Position numbers and translations under genes: made by a program
Notes under the pieces: generated by a model
Database searches by the model: none
What the model was told of the DNA's origin: nothing
The model's input: only the letters and a program-made list of their open reading frames with translations
Source of the DNA: an uncultured bacterium
Lineage (GTDB): Bacteria > Krumholzibacteriota > Krumholzibacteriia > WVZY01 > JAKEHA01
Reading direction: 5' to 3'
NCBI GenBank assembly: GCA_965371015.1
Contig: CBDUWU010000003.1
Coordinates: forward strand, 1-40,855
DNA length: 40,855 nucleotides
Shown: positions 20,017-29,418 of the stretch, in pieces
Layout of the letters: each line of letters starts with the position of its first letter
How positions within the stretch are numbered: the first letter of the stretch is position 1

Positions 20017-21336
20017 GTGAACTGGCGATCGTCAATGCAGGCCGCCGCCGTGATCGTGCTCGCGCTGGCCGCGACGACGGCGGTGGTGGAGCGAGTCTCC
20101 GCTGCGCGATCGACGCAGGTTCAGCGCGCCCGCTATTCGGTGCAGGGCGCGAAAACACGCGTCGTCCTCGATCTCAGCGGCAAGGCCGGCTACAGAATCA
20201 CCCGGCACAAAAACCCCGAACGCATCGCAATCAACATCCCGGATGTCCGGGCGTCGAAGTCGTGTTCGGGATTGATGCTGAAGACCGGAGTGGTCAGGCG
20301 TGTTCGCGTCAACCGGCTGTCGTGGGGGACCCAGGTTGTTCTCGACCTGTCCCGCAGTGCCGAAATGAAGCACTTCGTACTGGCCCGAAACGGCAACCTG
20401 CCCGACCGGATCGTCCTCGACGTATTTGACTCTCCGTCGGCAAAGACGCCCGGCCGGTCCGGCAGCAAACCGGTCCCGCGAAAGCGAACCGCCGGCGACA
20501 CCTACATCGTGGCCATCGACCCCGGGCACGGCGGATACCAACCAGGCACGAGCAAGGTCGAAAAGACCCTCAACCTCCAGATGAGTAAAATCATCGCCGC
20601 CCGCATCAACGCCATCGACGGCTACAGGGCGATACTGACGAGGGACCGCGACGTGTTTCTCGGCCTCAACGAGAGGGCCGAAATAGCGGCTTCCCACAAC
20701 GCCGACGTCTTCGTCAGCATCCACGTCAACTGGGGGAAGGCCCGGTCGGTCCGCGGGTCCGAGGTGTGGTTCCTGTCGCCCCAGGGGGCGAGTTGGACGA
20801 GTAAAAAGATGCTGTCCAATCCCGAACGCGCGGCCAACGAGTTCGGACTGACCGGTCGGGAGAGTTCCGACGTGATTCATATGCTCGTCGACGTCCACAA
20901 GCAGTCGGTCATGACCAAAAGCGAACTGCTCGCCGAGTCGATCCTCGAATCCATGAACAAGAAGAGACTACCCCCGACCCGTTCCCTCAAGCAGAAGGGA
21001 TGGGCCGTGCTGCGAACGTTCGAAACACCGTCGGTCCTCGTCGAGACCGGCTTTATCAGCAACTCGAGCGACGCGAAAATCCTGAAGAGCGAGAGCGGTC
21101 GCGAACGTATCGCCGAGGCGGTCGCCAACGGGATCGTGTCGTACTTCACCGAATTTCCGCCGCCGAGAGGGCGGCATGATCCGGTCGTCGTGCACAAAGT
21201 GAGACGGGGAGAATCGCTGTGGAAGATTTCCAGACAATACAATACGTCTATTGCCAGTATACGGCGCGCCAACAACATGGGTAATTCCTCCATGCTGCGT
21301 CCGGGACAAGAACTGATCATCACTAACCGTTATTGA
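20017..21336 (+). CDS. N-acetylmuramoyl-L-alanine amidase (AMIN + Amidase_3 + LysM)
   Basis: TRVVLDL, DRIVLDV (AMIN); IDPGHGG, EK..NL, FVSIHVN, SVLVETGFISN; LysM HKVRRGESLWKISRQY; GTG 20017 after AAGGAG. Confidence 0.93.
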   Translation: MNWRSSMQAAAVIVLALAATTAVVERVSAARSTQVQRARYSVQGAKTRVVLDLSGKAGYRITRHKNPERIAINIPDVRASKSCSGLMLKTGVVRRVRVNRLSWGTQVVLDLSRSAEMKHFVLARNGNLPDRIVLDVFDSPSAKTPGRSGSKPVPRKRTAGDTYIVAIDPGHGGYQPGTSKVEKTLNLQMSKIIAARINAIDGYRAILTRDRDVFLGLNERAEIAASHNADVFVSIHVNWGKARSVRGSEVWFLSPQGASWTSKKMLSNPERAANEFGLTGRESSDVIHMLVDVHKQSVMTKSELLAESILESMNKKRLPPTRSLKQKGWAVLRTFETPSVLVETGFISNSSDAKILKSESGRERIAEAVANGIVSYFTEFPPPRGRHDPVVVHKVRRGESLWKISRQYNTSIASIRRANNMGNSSMLRPGQELIITNRY

Positions 21337-21361
21337 CGGGGTTTCCAGTCGATCCTGTGTC

Positions 21362-22300
21362 ATGGGGCTGAAAAATACACTCACAGAAAATCTTGGAGTC
21401 AAGCTCATCGCGGTGTTCGTCGCGTTGTTCATCTGGTTCAATGCCAGCGGACACAAGGAAGTCGTCTGGCTCAAGATGATCCCCATTACGCTGGAAAACC
21501 TTCCCGACTCGCTCGTGGTGACGGGCAATGTGCCGGCCGAGGTCGAGGTCAGTATCATGGGCACCAAACGCCAGTTGATGTTGATGGGATTCAAACGGCT
21601 GAACCTCTCCGTCGACCTGTCCGAAGCGGTGCCGGGCCGGCAACGCGTATCGCTCAATCCGCGCCAGATCCAGCTGCCGACCGGCTTCGACTATCGTAAC
21701 GTCCGGGTTCACGAACCGATGGCGATAGACCTGCGGCTGGAGCGGCTCGTCGCAAAACGAGTCAAGGTGACTCTGTCGACCGCCGGCGCCATTCCCGAAG
21801 ACCTCGTCCTGCTCGACGGGTTCCTGTCGATCACGCCGTCCTGGGTGATGATCAGCGGTCCCTCTTCGGCCGTCCAGCACGTCAATTCGGTGACCACCGA
21901 ATCCCTCGACCTGTCCAGGATCAAGGAGTCGTTCGATCGGGACATTCCGATCGCCCTCGACGACAAACGGTTTCAGTGCGATCCGGCCCACGTGACGGTA
22001 TCGGTACGGGTGGACGAACGCGCGGAGCGGGTCCTGGCCAACGTGCCGCCGACCGTGCTCGTCGACTCCGAGGATTTCGTGGTCACAATCGTACCGAACA
22101 CGGTTGCATTGACCGTGACGGGACCCCGCGCCGTTCTGGACACCCTCCGTTATGGCGACGTGTCGGTGCTGCTCAACCTCGGCGGGCTCCAGGAGGCGCG
22201 CTACCGGATGGCTCCCGAGATCATCCTCCCGCCGGGCGTCTCGCTCTTGCACACGAGCGTCGACAGCCTCACCGTCGACATCATCAGGAACGCGCCCTGA
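21362..22300 (+). CDS. cdaR: CdaR/YbbR-like domain protein
   Basis: N-terminal ENLGVKLIAVFVALFIWF anchor; repeated YbbR beta domains (ITPSWVMISGPSSAV, IVPNTVALTVTGPRAVL). Confidence 0.82.
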   Translation: MGLKNTLTENLGVKLIAVFVALFIWFNASGHKEVVWLKMIPITLENLPDSLVVTGNVPAEVEVSIMGTKRQLMLMGFKRLNLSVDLSEAVPGRQRVSLNPRQIQLPTGFDYRNVRVHEPMAIDLRLERLVAKRVKVTLSTAGAIPEDLVLLDGFLSITPSWVMISGPSSAVQHVNSVTTESLDLSRIKESFDRDIPIALDDKRFQCDPAHVTVSVRVDERAERVLANVPPTVLVDSEDFVVTIVPNTVALTVTGPRAVLDTLRYGDVSVLLNLGGLQEARYRMAPEIILPPGVSLLHTSVDSLTVDIIRNAP

Positions 22301-22319
22301 GCTCCCCGGTTGAATCGTG

Positions 22320-22880
22320 ATGACCAAAGAAACGACCGAGACCGACGACAGGGGCGATTCCAGTTCGATGGGCCGAAGGTACCTGACCCTCGTCGTCACG
22401 GCGCTCGTGCTGGCGGTCACCGCCCTCGCCCTTCTGGCGGGCGGCGGCGTGCGCGATTTTCTGCCGCTGAGGATCGCGGTCTCGCCGCGGATTGAAAACG
22501 GTCCGGCGATCGGGGCGGCGCTTCGTGATCTCCTCGCCATTGAAACGGGGCGTTCGGTGCGCGTGGTGGAGCAGTCCGGAGACGGCAGCGGCGACTGCGA
22601 TGTAATCCTCATGCCCTATTCTGAATTCGGCGAACTGCTCGAGAAGAAGCCGTACCCGTCAGTGGCGGGGTACATGGGCATGTTCGGTGAAGACGGCCAG
22701 CGGTTGACGGAAGCGATCGTTATTGTTGCCCGGCCGGATGATGCCGACTATCTGGGGGAAGTGGTGAGCCGTACAGAGGCCCGCGTGAGGTCTCCGGGGG
22801 GCGATGAGAGAGTGCTTGCGGCCGTCGAGAGGCTCGAGGCGGCGGGAGCCGGCCACCTGGCAGGGCCGAAAACCCGTTGA
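22320..22880 (+). CDS. Hypothetical membrane-anchored protein with weak resemblance to a PhnD-type substrate-binding lobe
   Basis: One N-terminal TM helix; LRIAVSP...LRDLLAIETGRSVRVV...DVILM. Confidence 0.5.
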   Translation: MTKETTETDDRGDSSSMGRRYLTLVVTALVLAVTALALLAGGGVRDFLPLRIAVSPRIENGPAIGAALRDLLAIETGRSVRVVEQSGDGSGDCDVILMPYSEFGELLEKKPYPSVAGYMGMFGEDGQRLTEAIVIVARPDDADYLGEVVSRTEARVRSPGGDERVLAAVERLEAAGAGHLAGPKTR

Positions 22881-22943
22881 AGGACGGGACCGCAAAGCCG
22901 GAAGCTCGCGTCGGACAGGGGGTTCCAGATCCGTAGTAAGGGC

Positions 22944-22973
22944 TTGACACCGTCGCCGCAAAATCACTATTTT
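22944..22973 (+). promoter_or_regulatory. Sigma70-type promoter
   Basis: TTGACA, 18 bp, TATTTT. Confidence 0.45.
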
Positions 22974-23028
22974 CACGCATTAACAGCCACCACAAGCCTG
23001 ACCTTAACCGAATCCGAAAAGACTGGTT

Positions 23029-23487
23029 ATGAAACTGTCCGAACTATTCAGTGCCGATAATATCGTCGTCGATCTCGAACCGTCCGAAAAAGACACATTG
23101 CTCGAAGCGATGGTCTCCATCCTCGATGAGAAGGGGTATGTCAAGGACCGCGGACAGGTGACCAGGGACCTCAAAGAGAGAGAAAAAGTGATGAGTACGG
23201 GGATCGGTAATGGCGTGGCGATTCCGCACGCGTACACCGACGGGGTGGAGCGGCTGGTGGCGAGTTTCTGCCGCACCAAAAGCGAGGTAGACTTCGAAGC
23301 GCTCGACGACAACCCTGTCGACCTGTTCTTCATCATCCTCGGTCCCAAGGAAAGCCGCCGGGATCATATCAAGATACTGGCCAAAATATCACGTCTGTTG
23401 AATCACAGCGACTTTCGCCAGGATTTGCGCGAAGCAGCCGACGCCGAAGCGGTGCTGAACGTTTTCAAACGTTTCGGCGACAAGTAG
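23029..23487 (+). CDS. PTS IIA domain protein (Fru/Ntr family, PtsN-like)
   Basis: REKVMSTGIGNGVAIPHA, VDFEALDDNPVDLFF, HIKILAKISRLL. Confidence 0.92.
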   Translation: MKLSELFSADNIVVDLEPSEKDTLLEAMVSILDEKGYVKDRGQVTRDLKEREKVMSTGIGNGVAIPHAYTDGVERLVASFCRTKSEVDFEALDDNPVDLFFIILGPKESRRDHIKILAKISRLLNHSDFRQDLREAADAEAVLNVFKRFGDK

Positions 23488-23583
23488 CAATCAATTGCCC
23501 CCCGGCGCGATTCGTCATTCCCGTGACCGACACCGATCCGGCGATGGAACCGCCGCGCCGCGCCGGCTCGATGTGAGGACACC

Positions 23584-23979
23584 ATGACCCGTCTCAGAAT
23601 TTTCACGTTGATCCTCTACGTGCTGTTGATATTCTTCGTGTCGTCGCGATCGGGGATCACGCCGCCGGGACCCGATTTTGTCATGAAGGACAAGCTGGCT
23701 CACTTCGGCGAGTATTTCGTCCTCGGGTTGCTGCTCTTCGTCGGAATCGGCTGGACGGTCAGTCGCTCGGGACTCATCACCTTTCTGTTCCTGTTCGCTG
23801 TCGGCGTGAGCGTTGCCGCGCTCGACGAATTGTTGCAGAGCTACATTCCGGGGCGCAACATGGATCTGTACGACTGGTTCGCCGACGCGGCGGGTGTGGC
23901 GGTCGGGGTCGGGATGGGCATACTGACCGGCCTCGGCACGAGAAGAAAAAAAGCGGTGGGGGGCCGGCCCTCCGCTTGA
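23584..23979 (+). CDS. VanZ-family membrane protein
   Basis: DKLAHFGEY, LDELLQSYIPGR..DLYDWFAD..G. Confidence 0.88.
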   Translation: MTRLRIFTLILYVLLIFFVSSRSGITPPGPDFVMKDKLAHFGEYFVLGLLLFVGIGWTVSRSGLITFLFLFAVGVSVAALDELLQSYIPGRNMDLYDWFADAAGVAVGVGMGILTGLGTRRKKAVGGRPSA

Positions 23980-24016
23980 CGGCCCCGGTCGCCGGGCCGT
24001 GCAGCGAGGAGAAAAG

Positions 24017-25267
24017 ATGAAGTACACACGTCCGAGGGGAACGCAGGATATCGTGCCCCCGGAAATCGACAAGTGGCGGTTCGTCGAGGACGCCTTCCAG
24101 ACGACATTCGACCGCTTCGGGTACCGGGGCATCCGCACACCGGTATTCGAGTCCACCGACCTGTTTGTCCGCGCCGTTGGCGAGGAAACGGACATCATCT
24201 CGAAGGAAATGTACACGTTCACCGACCGGGGCGGACGTAGCCTTACGCTGCGACCGGAAAACACGGCGTCCGTCATCCGCGCGTTTCTCGAAAACGGCAT
24301 GCACCGGCTGGGCGGCATCCAGCGGCTGTGCTATTTCGGTCCCATGTTCCGGTACGACCGGCCACAGGCCGGACGCTACCGGCAGTTCCACCAGGTCGGC
24401 GCCGAGGCCATCGGGAGTTTCAATCCGGCTCTCGACGTCGAGTTGATCGACGTGGTCGTGTCGACTTTCCGGTCGCTGGGATTCAGGAACGTCGAACTGA
24501 AGCTCAATACCGTCGGCAGTGCCGCTTCGCGGGGCCCGTACCGCGAACTTTTGCTCGAAGCCATCGACGGTCTCGGCACCGGGATCTCCCCGGCGGCGCT
24601 GGAGCGCTACCGCAAGAACCCGCTCCGGATTTTCGATTCCAAAGATTGCGACGAGTCGTTGAAAAACAAGCTGCCCGTTATTACCGATCACCTGCCGGCC
24701 GTTGAAATTGATCACTTCGCGACGGTGAAGGAACTCCTGGCGGCAGCGGGAATCGTGTACCAGGTAGACCCGTACCTCGTGCGCGGACTCGATTATTATA
24801 CCAAGACCGTATTCGAGGTGCATCACGGGGAGCACGGGGCGCAGAGCGCTCTGTGCGGGGGCGGGCGCTACGACGACCTCGTGGAGCAGTGCGGAGGGCC
24901 CGCGACGCCGGCCATCGGTTTCAGCGTGGGACTGGAGCGGCTGCTCGGCGCGCTTCCGGAAGACAGCCCGGCGCTGGCGGAAAAGGACGGGATTGTCGAT
25001 TATTATGTGGTTTGCGCCGATGACGGCGCCGCTTCTCGTGCGCTGGCGACGGCGACCCGGTTGCGCGCCACGGGCAACGCCGAAACAGACCTTTCCGGCA
25101 GGTCGGTGAAAAAGCAGCTGCAGGCGGCAGGCAGGAAACGGGCGCGCTTCGCCGTGGTGGTCTCGTCGGAGCACGACGGCACCGTGTTGTGGAAGAACCT
25201 TCGGGACCACAGCGAAGAAATGATCGCCGACGAGTCTGTTGCGCAGGCGGCGGCGGGAAAGGACTGA
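24017..25267 (+). CDS. hisS: Histidine--tRNA ligase
   Basis: RPRGTQD, KEMYTF, LRPENTA, FRYDRPQAGRYRQFHQ, LVRGLDYY, GGGRYD; ATG 24017 after GAGGAG. Confidence 0.97.
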   Translation: MKYTRPRGTQDIVPPEIDKWRFVEDAFQTTFDRFGYRGIRTPVFESTDLFVRAVGEETDIISKEMYTFTDRGGRSLTLRPENTASVIRAFLENGMHRLGGIQRLCYFGPMFRYDRPQAGRYRQFHQVGAEAIGSFNPALDVELIDVVVSTFRSLGFRNVELKLNTVGSAASRGPYRELLLEAIDGLGTGISPAALERYRKNPLRIFDSKDCDESLKNKLPVITDHLPAVEIDHFATVKELLAAAGIVYQVDPYLVRGLDYYTKTVFEVHHGEHGAQSALCGGGRYDDLVEQCGGPATPAIGFSVGLERLLGALPEDSPALAEKDGIVDYYVVCADDGAASRALATATRLRATGNAETDLSGRSVKKQLQAAGRKRARFAVVVSSEHDGTVLWKNLRDHSEEMIADESVAQAAAGKD

Positions 25268-25270
25268 AGC

Positions 25271-27058
25271 GTGAACACGCAGGGATACTGGATTCCTTTC
25301 GAGCGTTCGCATACGTGCGGCGAACTGAGGGAATCGAATGCCGGTGAAACGGTGCGGTTGATGGGGTGGGTGCAGAGGGTCCGCGACCTGGGCGGCGTGA
25401 AATTCGTCGACCTCCGCGACCGCTACGGGTTCACGCAGATTATCGTCGACCCCGAGAACGGAGATCTCGCGGAGCCAGCCCGGCACCTCCGCATGGAAGA
25501 CGTGATCGCCGTCGAGGGGACGGTCAACGCGCGTCCCGGCGACATGAAACGCGACGACATGCCCACCGGCGGCATCGAGGTGGCGGCGACGCGACTCGTC
25601 GTTCTGAACAAGTCGGAGGTCCCGCCGTTCACGATTACAGACGAGGTCAAGGCGAACGAGGACCTGCGGCTGAAGTACCGGTATCTCGACCTCCGGCGCC
25701 GGCCGATGAAGGAGAATATCGAACTGCGCCACCGCGTGATACTCGCGGTGAGGAACCATCTCGACGGGCGGGGTTTCCTCGAAATCGAGACGCCGATGCT
25801 CGTGCGCTGCACACCCGAAGGTGCCCGCGACTATCTCGTACCGTCCCGGCTCCACCCCGGAAGTTTTTACGCGCTCCCGCAGAGTCCGCAGATTTACAAG
25901 CAGATCCTGATGGTGGCGGGCTTCGACCGTTACTTTCAGATGGCCCGCTGCATGCGCGACGAGGACCTGCGCGCCGACCGCCAGCCGGAACACACCCAGA
26001 TCGACATGGAAATGAGCTTCGTCGAGGAGCGCGATGTTTTCGGGGTGTGTGAGGGAGTGATGAGTGAAATCTGGCGGGTGGGCGCCGGCATCGAACTCGA
26101 AACGCCGTTCCGCGTCCTGTCGTGGAACGAGGCCATGGACCGGTTCGGGACCGACAAGCCCGACATGCGGTTCGGGCTGGAGTTGCAGACACTCGACCCG
26201 CTCTTCGAGGGTACCGGATTCCGCGTGATCGCCGACGCGCTGGGGCGTGGCGAATCGGTCCGGGGCTTCGTCGTGCCCGGCGGAGCCTCCATCCCCAGGC
26301 GCGAGGTGGACAAGCTCGAAGAAGATGCCAGATCGCAGGGGGCGGGCGGGTTGATCCGGCTCAAACTCACCGATGGCGAGTTTTCGGGGCCGGTGGCCAA
26401 ATTCCTCGTCGACGATGCCAAGAGCCGGCTCGTCGAATTCCTGGGTATGGATGACGGATCGCTGTTGCTTGCCGTGGTCGGCCGGACCCCCCGGGTGTCG
26501 ACGATACTGGGCAGACTCCGGCTCTCGGTGGGACGACTGCTCGAACTGGCCAGACCGGGCCGTTTCGAGTTCCTGTGGATCAACGAGTTCCCCTTGTTCG
26601 AGCAGGACGAGGAGACAGGCGCTTATACGGCATCGCACCACCTTTTTTCGATGCCGTACCAGGAGGATATCGAGCACCTCGAAAAAGAGCCCTTGAAAGT
26701 CAGGGCCCATTTGTATGATCTTGTGTGTAACGGAACCGAGCTCGCCTCCGGGAGTATCCGTATTCACAACCGGGACCTCCAGGAACGGGTTATGGCCGTG
26801 ACAGGTATAACGAAGGAGGACGCCGAGCGCAGGTTCGGATTCCTGCTCAGGGCGCTCGAATACGGCGCTCCACCCCACGGCGGCATCGCCCCGGGCATTG
26901 ACCGGATTATAATGGTCCTGGCGGGTTGCAGCTCGATCCGGGATGTGATAGCGTTTCCGAAGACGCAGAAGGCCACTTCGCTGATGGACGACGCCCCGTC
27001 TCCCGTCGATCCCGTTCAGCTGGAAGAGCTCAATATCGAGATCAGGATTGAAGAATAG
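25271..27058 (+). CDS. aspS: Aspartate--tRNA ligase
   Basis: RSHTCGEL, RLKYRYLDLRR, TPEGARDY, LPQSPQ, RDEDLRADRQPE, GAPPHGG, VIAFPKT. Confidence 0.97.
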   Translation: MNTQGYWIPFERSHTCGELRESNAGETVRLMGWVQRVRDLGGVKFVDLRDRYGFTQIIVDPENGDLAEPARHLRMEDVIAVEGTVNARPGDMKRDDMPTGGIEVAATRLVVLNKSEVPPFTITDEVKANEDLRLKYRYLDLRRRPMKENIELRHRVILAVRNHLDGRGFLEIETPMLVRCTPEGARDYLVPSRLHPGSFYALPQSPQIYKQILMVAGFDRYFQMARCMRDEDLRADRQPEHTQIDMEMSFVEERDVFGVCEGVMSEIWRVGAGIELETPFRVLSWNEAMDRFGTDKPDMRFGLELQTLDPLFEGTGFRVIADALGRGESVRGFVVPGGASIPRREVDKLEEDARSQGAGGLIRLKLTDGEFSGPVAKFLVDDAKSRLVEFLGMDDGSLLLAVVGRTPRVSTILGRLRLSVGRLLELARPGRFEFLWINEFPLFEQDEETGAYTASHHLFSMPYQEDIEHLEKEPLKVRAHLYDLVCNGTELASGSIRIHNRDLQERVMAVTGITKEDAERRFGFLLRALEYGAPPHGGIAPGIDRIIMVLAGCSSIRDVIAFPKTQKATSLMDDAPSPVDPVQLEELNIEIRIEE

Positions 27059-27119
27059 AGCGGATACGGACCTCCCCCACAGGGTTCCCCGTTTACCGAT
27101 ACCGGCGCCCAGAATCGTC

Positions 27120-27148
27120 TTGACAGTACCGGGACGGGTTGCTAAGTT
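27120..27148 (+). promoter_or_regulatory. Sigma70-type promoter
   Basis: TTGACA, 17 bp, TAAGTT. Confidence 0.55.
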
Positions 27149-27195
27149 AACGCTCAAATTTTAATAATATGAAGGATTTCCGAAAGGAGTACAGG

Positions 27196-27528
27196 TTGCG
27201 TACCACGATTCGCCGATGGGTGATCGGGACGGCTTTTTTCTTTGTGGCGGGGTCCATAGGGTGTGCCAAAGTGCCGCCGTGTACCGTTTCGCCGATCGAA
27301 ATCGAAGAAATCCGCGAAGACGTCAAGATCCTCGACAACAACCTTGCCTCGGCCCGGACGAGGGCCAGTCAACTCAGCGATGAGTTGGCCAAGAAGAAGG
27401 CCGAACTCGATGGCAAAAAGGACAAGCCCGGGGAACTGCGCAAGAAACTGGACGACCTGAAGAAGGGGAGCGGCCGGCACGAAAGTCAAAAACGAGATAA
27501 AGACAAGGACGAGAAGGAGACGGCCTGA
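27196..27528 (+). CDS. Small coiled-coil lipoprotein (hypothetical)
   Basis: TTG start after AAGGAG; lipobox SIG-C; heptad-rich Lys/Glu helix. Confidence 0.65.
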   Translation: MRTTIRRWVIGTAFFFVAGSIGCAKVPPCTVSPIEIEEIREDVKILDNNLASARTRASQLSDELAKKKAELDGKKDKPGELRKKLDDLKKGSGRHESQKRDKDKDEKETA

Positions 27529-27530
27529 CC

Positions 27531-28265
27531 ATGCGTTGGCATAACATCACAAGAACAAGTTTGACCGGCCGGATGGCCCTCGCCGCGGTTCTCCGGCTCT
27601 CTCTGGTTGTTGCCGTTGCCGCTTCGACTTCGGTTGGCTGCGGAGGCTCCAAGGGGCGCCAGGTGGACGTAAAATCTGGCGAGTACTATTCGGAAATAGA
27701 ATACGAAGAGCTCTCCCGCAAGGAAAAAGAAGCCTACTGCAACACGCTCAACCAGGAGCTCACAATGCTCCAGGGCGAAGTCGACGAAAAACGCGGCGAA
27801 CTGACGGCGACCCGCAAGCAGATCGAATCGCTCAAGAACCAGATTACGCCTATTGAGCGCGAACTCCTGCGGATCGATTCGGATATCCGGTCCCTCTCGA
27901 ACCAGGTTGACGACCTGGAGGCGCTGGCGCCCGAGTGGATTATCCAGCCGGGCGAATGCCTCTGGAACATCGCCGGATACGAAGATATATACTCGGACCC
28001 GGTTAAATGGCCACGGATCTTCCGGGCCAATATTGACAAAATCGACGATCCGGAGTGGATCTACCCGGACACCGTCCTGGTTATTCCCAGGAACTGGCCG
28101 CGCCAGCACATGGTGGAGCTGGACGAAAGCCTTTCTCTTATTGCGAGTTACTGGGAAGTTTACTCGAGCCCCATGGAATGGACCCGCCTGTTCGAGGCAA
28201 ACAAGGACATGGTGCAGGATCCGGATCTTATTTATCCAGAACAGGTTCTCAAGGTCCCGAGGTAA
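27531..28265 (+). CDS. Lipoprotein with coiled coil and two LysM domains
   Basis: Lipobox SVG-C; IQPGECLWNIA...KWPRIFRANIDKIDDPEWIYP and a second EWTRLFEANKDMVQDPDLIYP. Confidence 0.88.
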   Translation: MRWHNITRTSLTGRMALAAVLRLSLVVAVAASTSVGCGGSKGRQVDVKSGEYYSEIEYEELSRKEKEAYCNTLNQELTMLQGEVDEKRGELTATRKQIESLKNQITPIERELLRIDSDIRSLSNQVDDLEALAPEWIIQPGECLWNIAGYEDIYSDPVKWPRIFRANIDKIDDPEWIYPDTVLVIPRNWPRQHMVELDESLSLIASYWEVYSSPMEWTRLFEANKDMVQDPDLIYPEQVLKVPR

Positions 28266-28440
28266 AAAATCGCCCCGGGGATGGTTTTTGGCCTATAATT
28301 TGTTACAGGCTACTGGGTTGTGGGGACCTTGGATGATTAAATTGCAAAGCCAGGTAAAGCTCTTGGCCCCGGGCGGTTGATCCGCCGGGACAGGAGTTTT
28401 ATCTTTTCAGGGTCCCTGAGTAATTGGAGGAATTATCAGC

Positions 28441-29412
28441 CTGAAGACGAAAAAGCGGGTACTGTCTTTCGAGGGGGTGGACCCTCTCAATCTGTTCGGA
28501 GCCGGGGAAGGCCATCTTTCCCTGATCGAAAAGCGATACCCGGGTGTGGTCGTCGTCAGGGGGGACGAAATCATCCTCAAGGGCGACGGTCCGCAGATCG
28601 AACGGCTGACCGGGTTCTTCGGCGAACTGATCGAGGTCGCCCGGGGTGGCCGCACGATCGGGGAACAGGATTTTGAGTATATACTGAACAAGAAAAACGG
28701 CGAAGAGGCGAAAACCGAGTTCGAGGAACTCGATCGCGGGATCATTCTCTCGACCCGCAAAGGCCGTCAGATAAAGCCTCGCACGCCGGGACAGAAACGC
28801 TACGTGGACGCGATCATGGCCCACGATATTTCGTTCGGGATCGGTCCGGCCGGCACGGGGAAGACGTACCTCGCCGTCGCCTGTGCCCTGGCGGCCCTGA
28901 AGGCCCGTACGATCGACCGGATTTTTCTGGTACGGCCCGTCGTGGAAGCCGGGGAGAGTCTCGGGTTTCTTCCCGGTGATTTTCAGGCGAAACTCGACCC
29001 CTACGTGCGGCCGGTGCTCGACGCGCTGTTCGACATGCTGGGTCAGGACAAGACGACGAAACTGATGGAAAACGGGACGATCGAGATAGCGCCGTTGGCC
29101 TACATGAGGGGCAGGACGCTGAACAACGCCTACGTCATACTCGACGAGGCCCAGAATACGACCGAACTGCAGATGAAGATGTTCCTGACGCGGCTCGGCC
29201 AGAACGCTCGTGCGATCGTCAATGGCGACATCACACAGATCGATCTCGAGCCCTCCTCGCGTTCGGGACTGCTCGCCGCGCAGCGGATTCTGGAGGATCT
29301 CGAAGGGATCAGTTTCGTATACCTCGGCCGGGACGATATCGTTCGTCACCGGCTGGTCCGGAGGATTCTCAGCGCCTTCGACGGCGACGCCTCCGGGGAA
29401 GACGCGGAATAG
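28441..29412 (+). CDS. phoH: PhoH/YbeZ family ATPase (probable CTG start at 28441; first canonical start is GTG 28477)
   Basis: GPAGTGKTYLA, RPVVEAGESLGFLPG, APLAYMRGRTL, ILDEAQN, MKMFLTRLG. Confidence 0.93.
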   Translation: MKTKKRVLSFEGVDPLNLFGAGEGHLSLIEKRYPGVVVVRGDEIILKGDGPQIERLTGFFGELIEVARGGRTIGEQDFEYILNKKNGEEAKTEFEELDRGIILSTRKGRQIKPRTPGQKRYVDAIMAHDISFGIGPAGTGKTYLAVACALAALKARTIDRIFLVRPVVEAGESLGFLPGDFQAKLDPYVRPVLDALFDMLGQDKTTKLMENGTIEIAPLAYMRGRTLNNAYVILDEAQNTTELQMKMFLTRLGQNARAIVNGDITQIDLEPSSRSGLLAAQRILEDLEGISFVYLGRDDIVRHRLVRRILSAFDGDASGEDAE

Positions 29413-29418
29413 GCCTTT

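Noticed and set aside
23584-23979. Glycopeptide resistance locus
   Set aside because: Stand-alone VanZ-family proteins are widespread and no other van genes are present.
23777-27157. 1126-aa minus-strand ORF (and similar long antisense ORFs at 12129-13673, 16223-17788, 35606-37312)
   Set aside because: They overlap well-supported plus-strand genes and have no recognisable motifs; typical stop-poor shadows of high-GC coding sequence.
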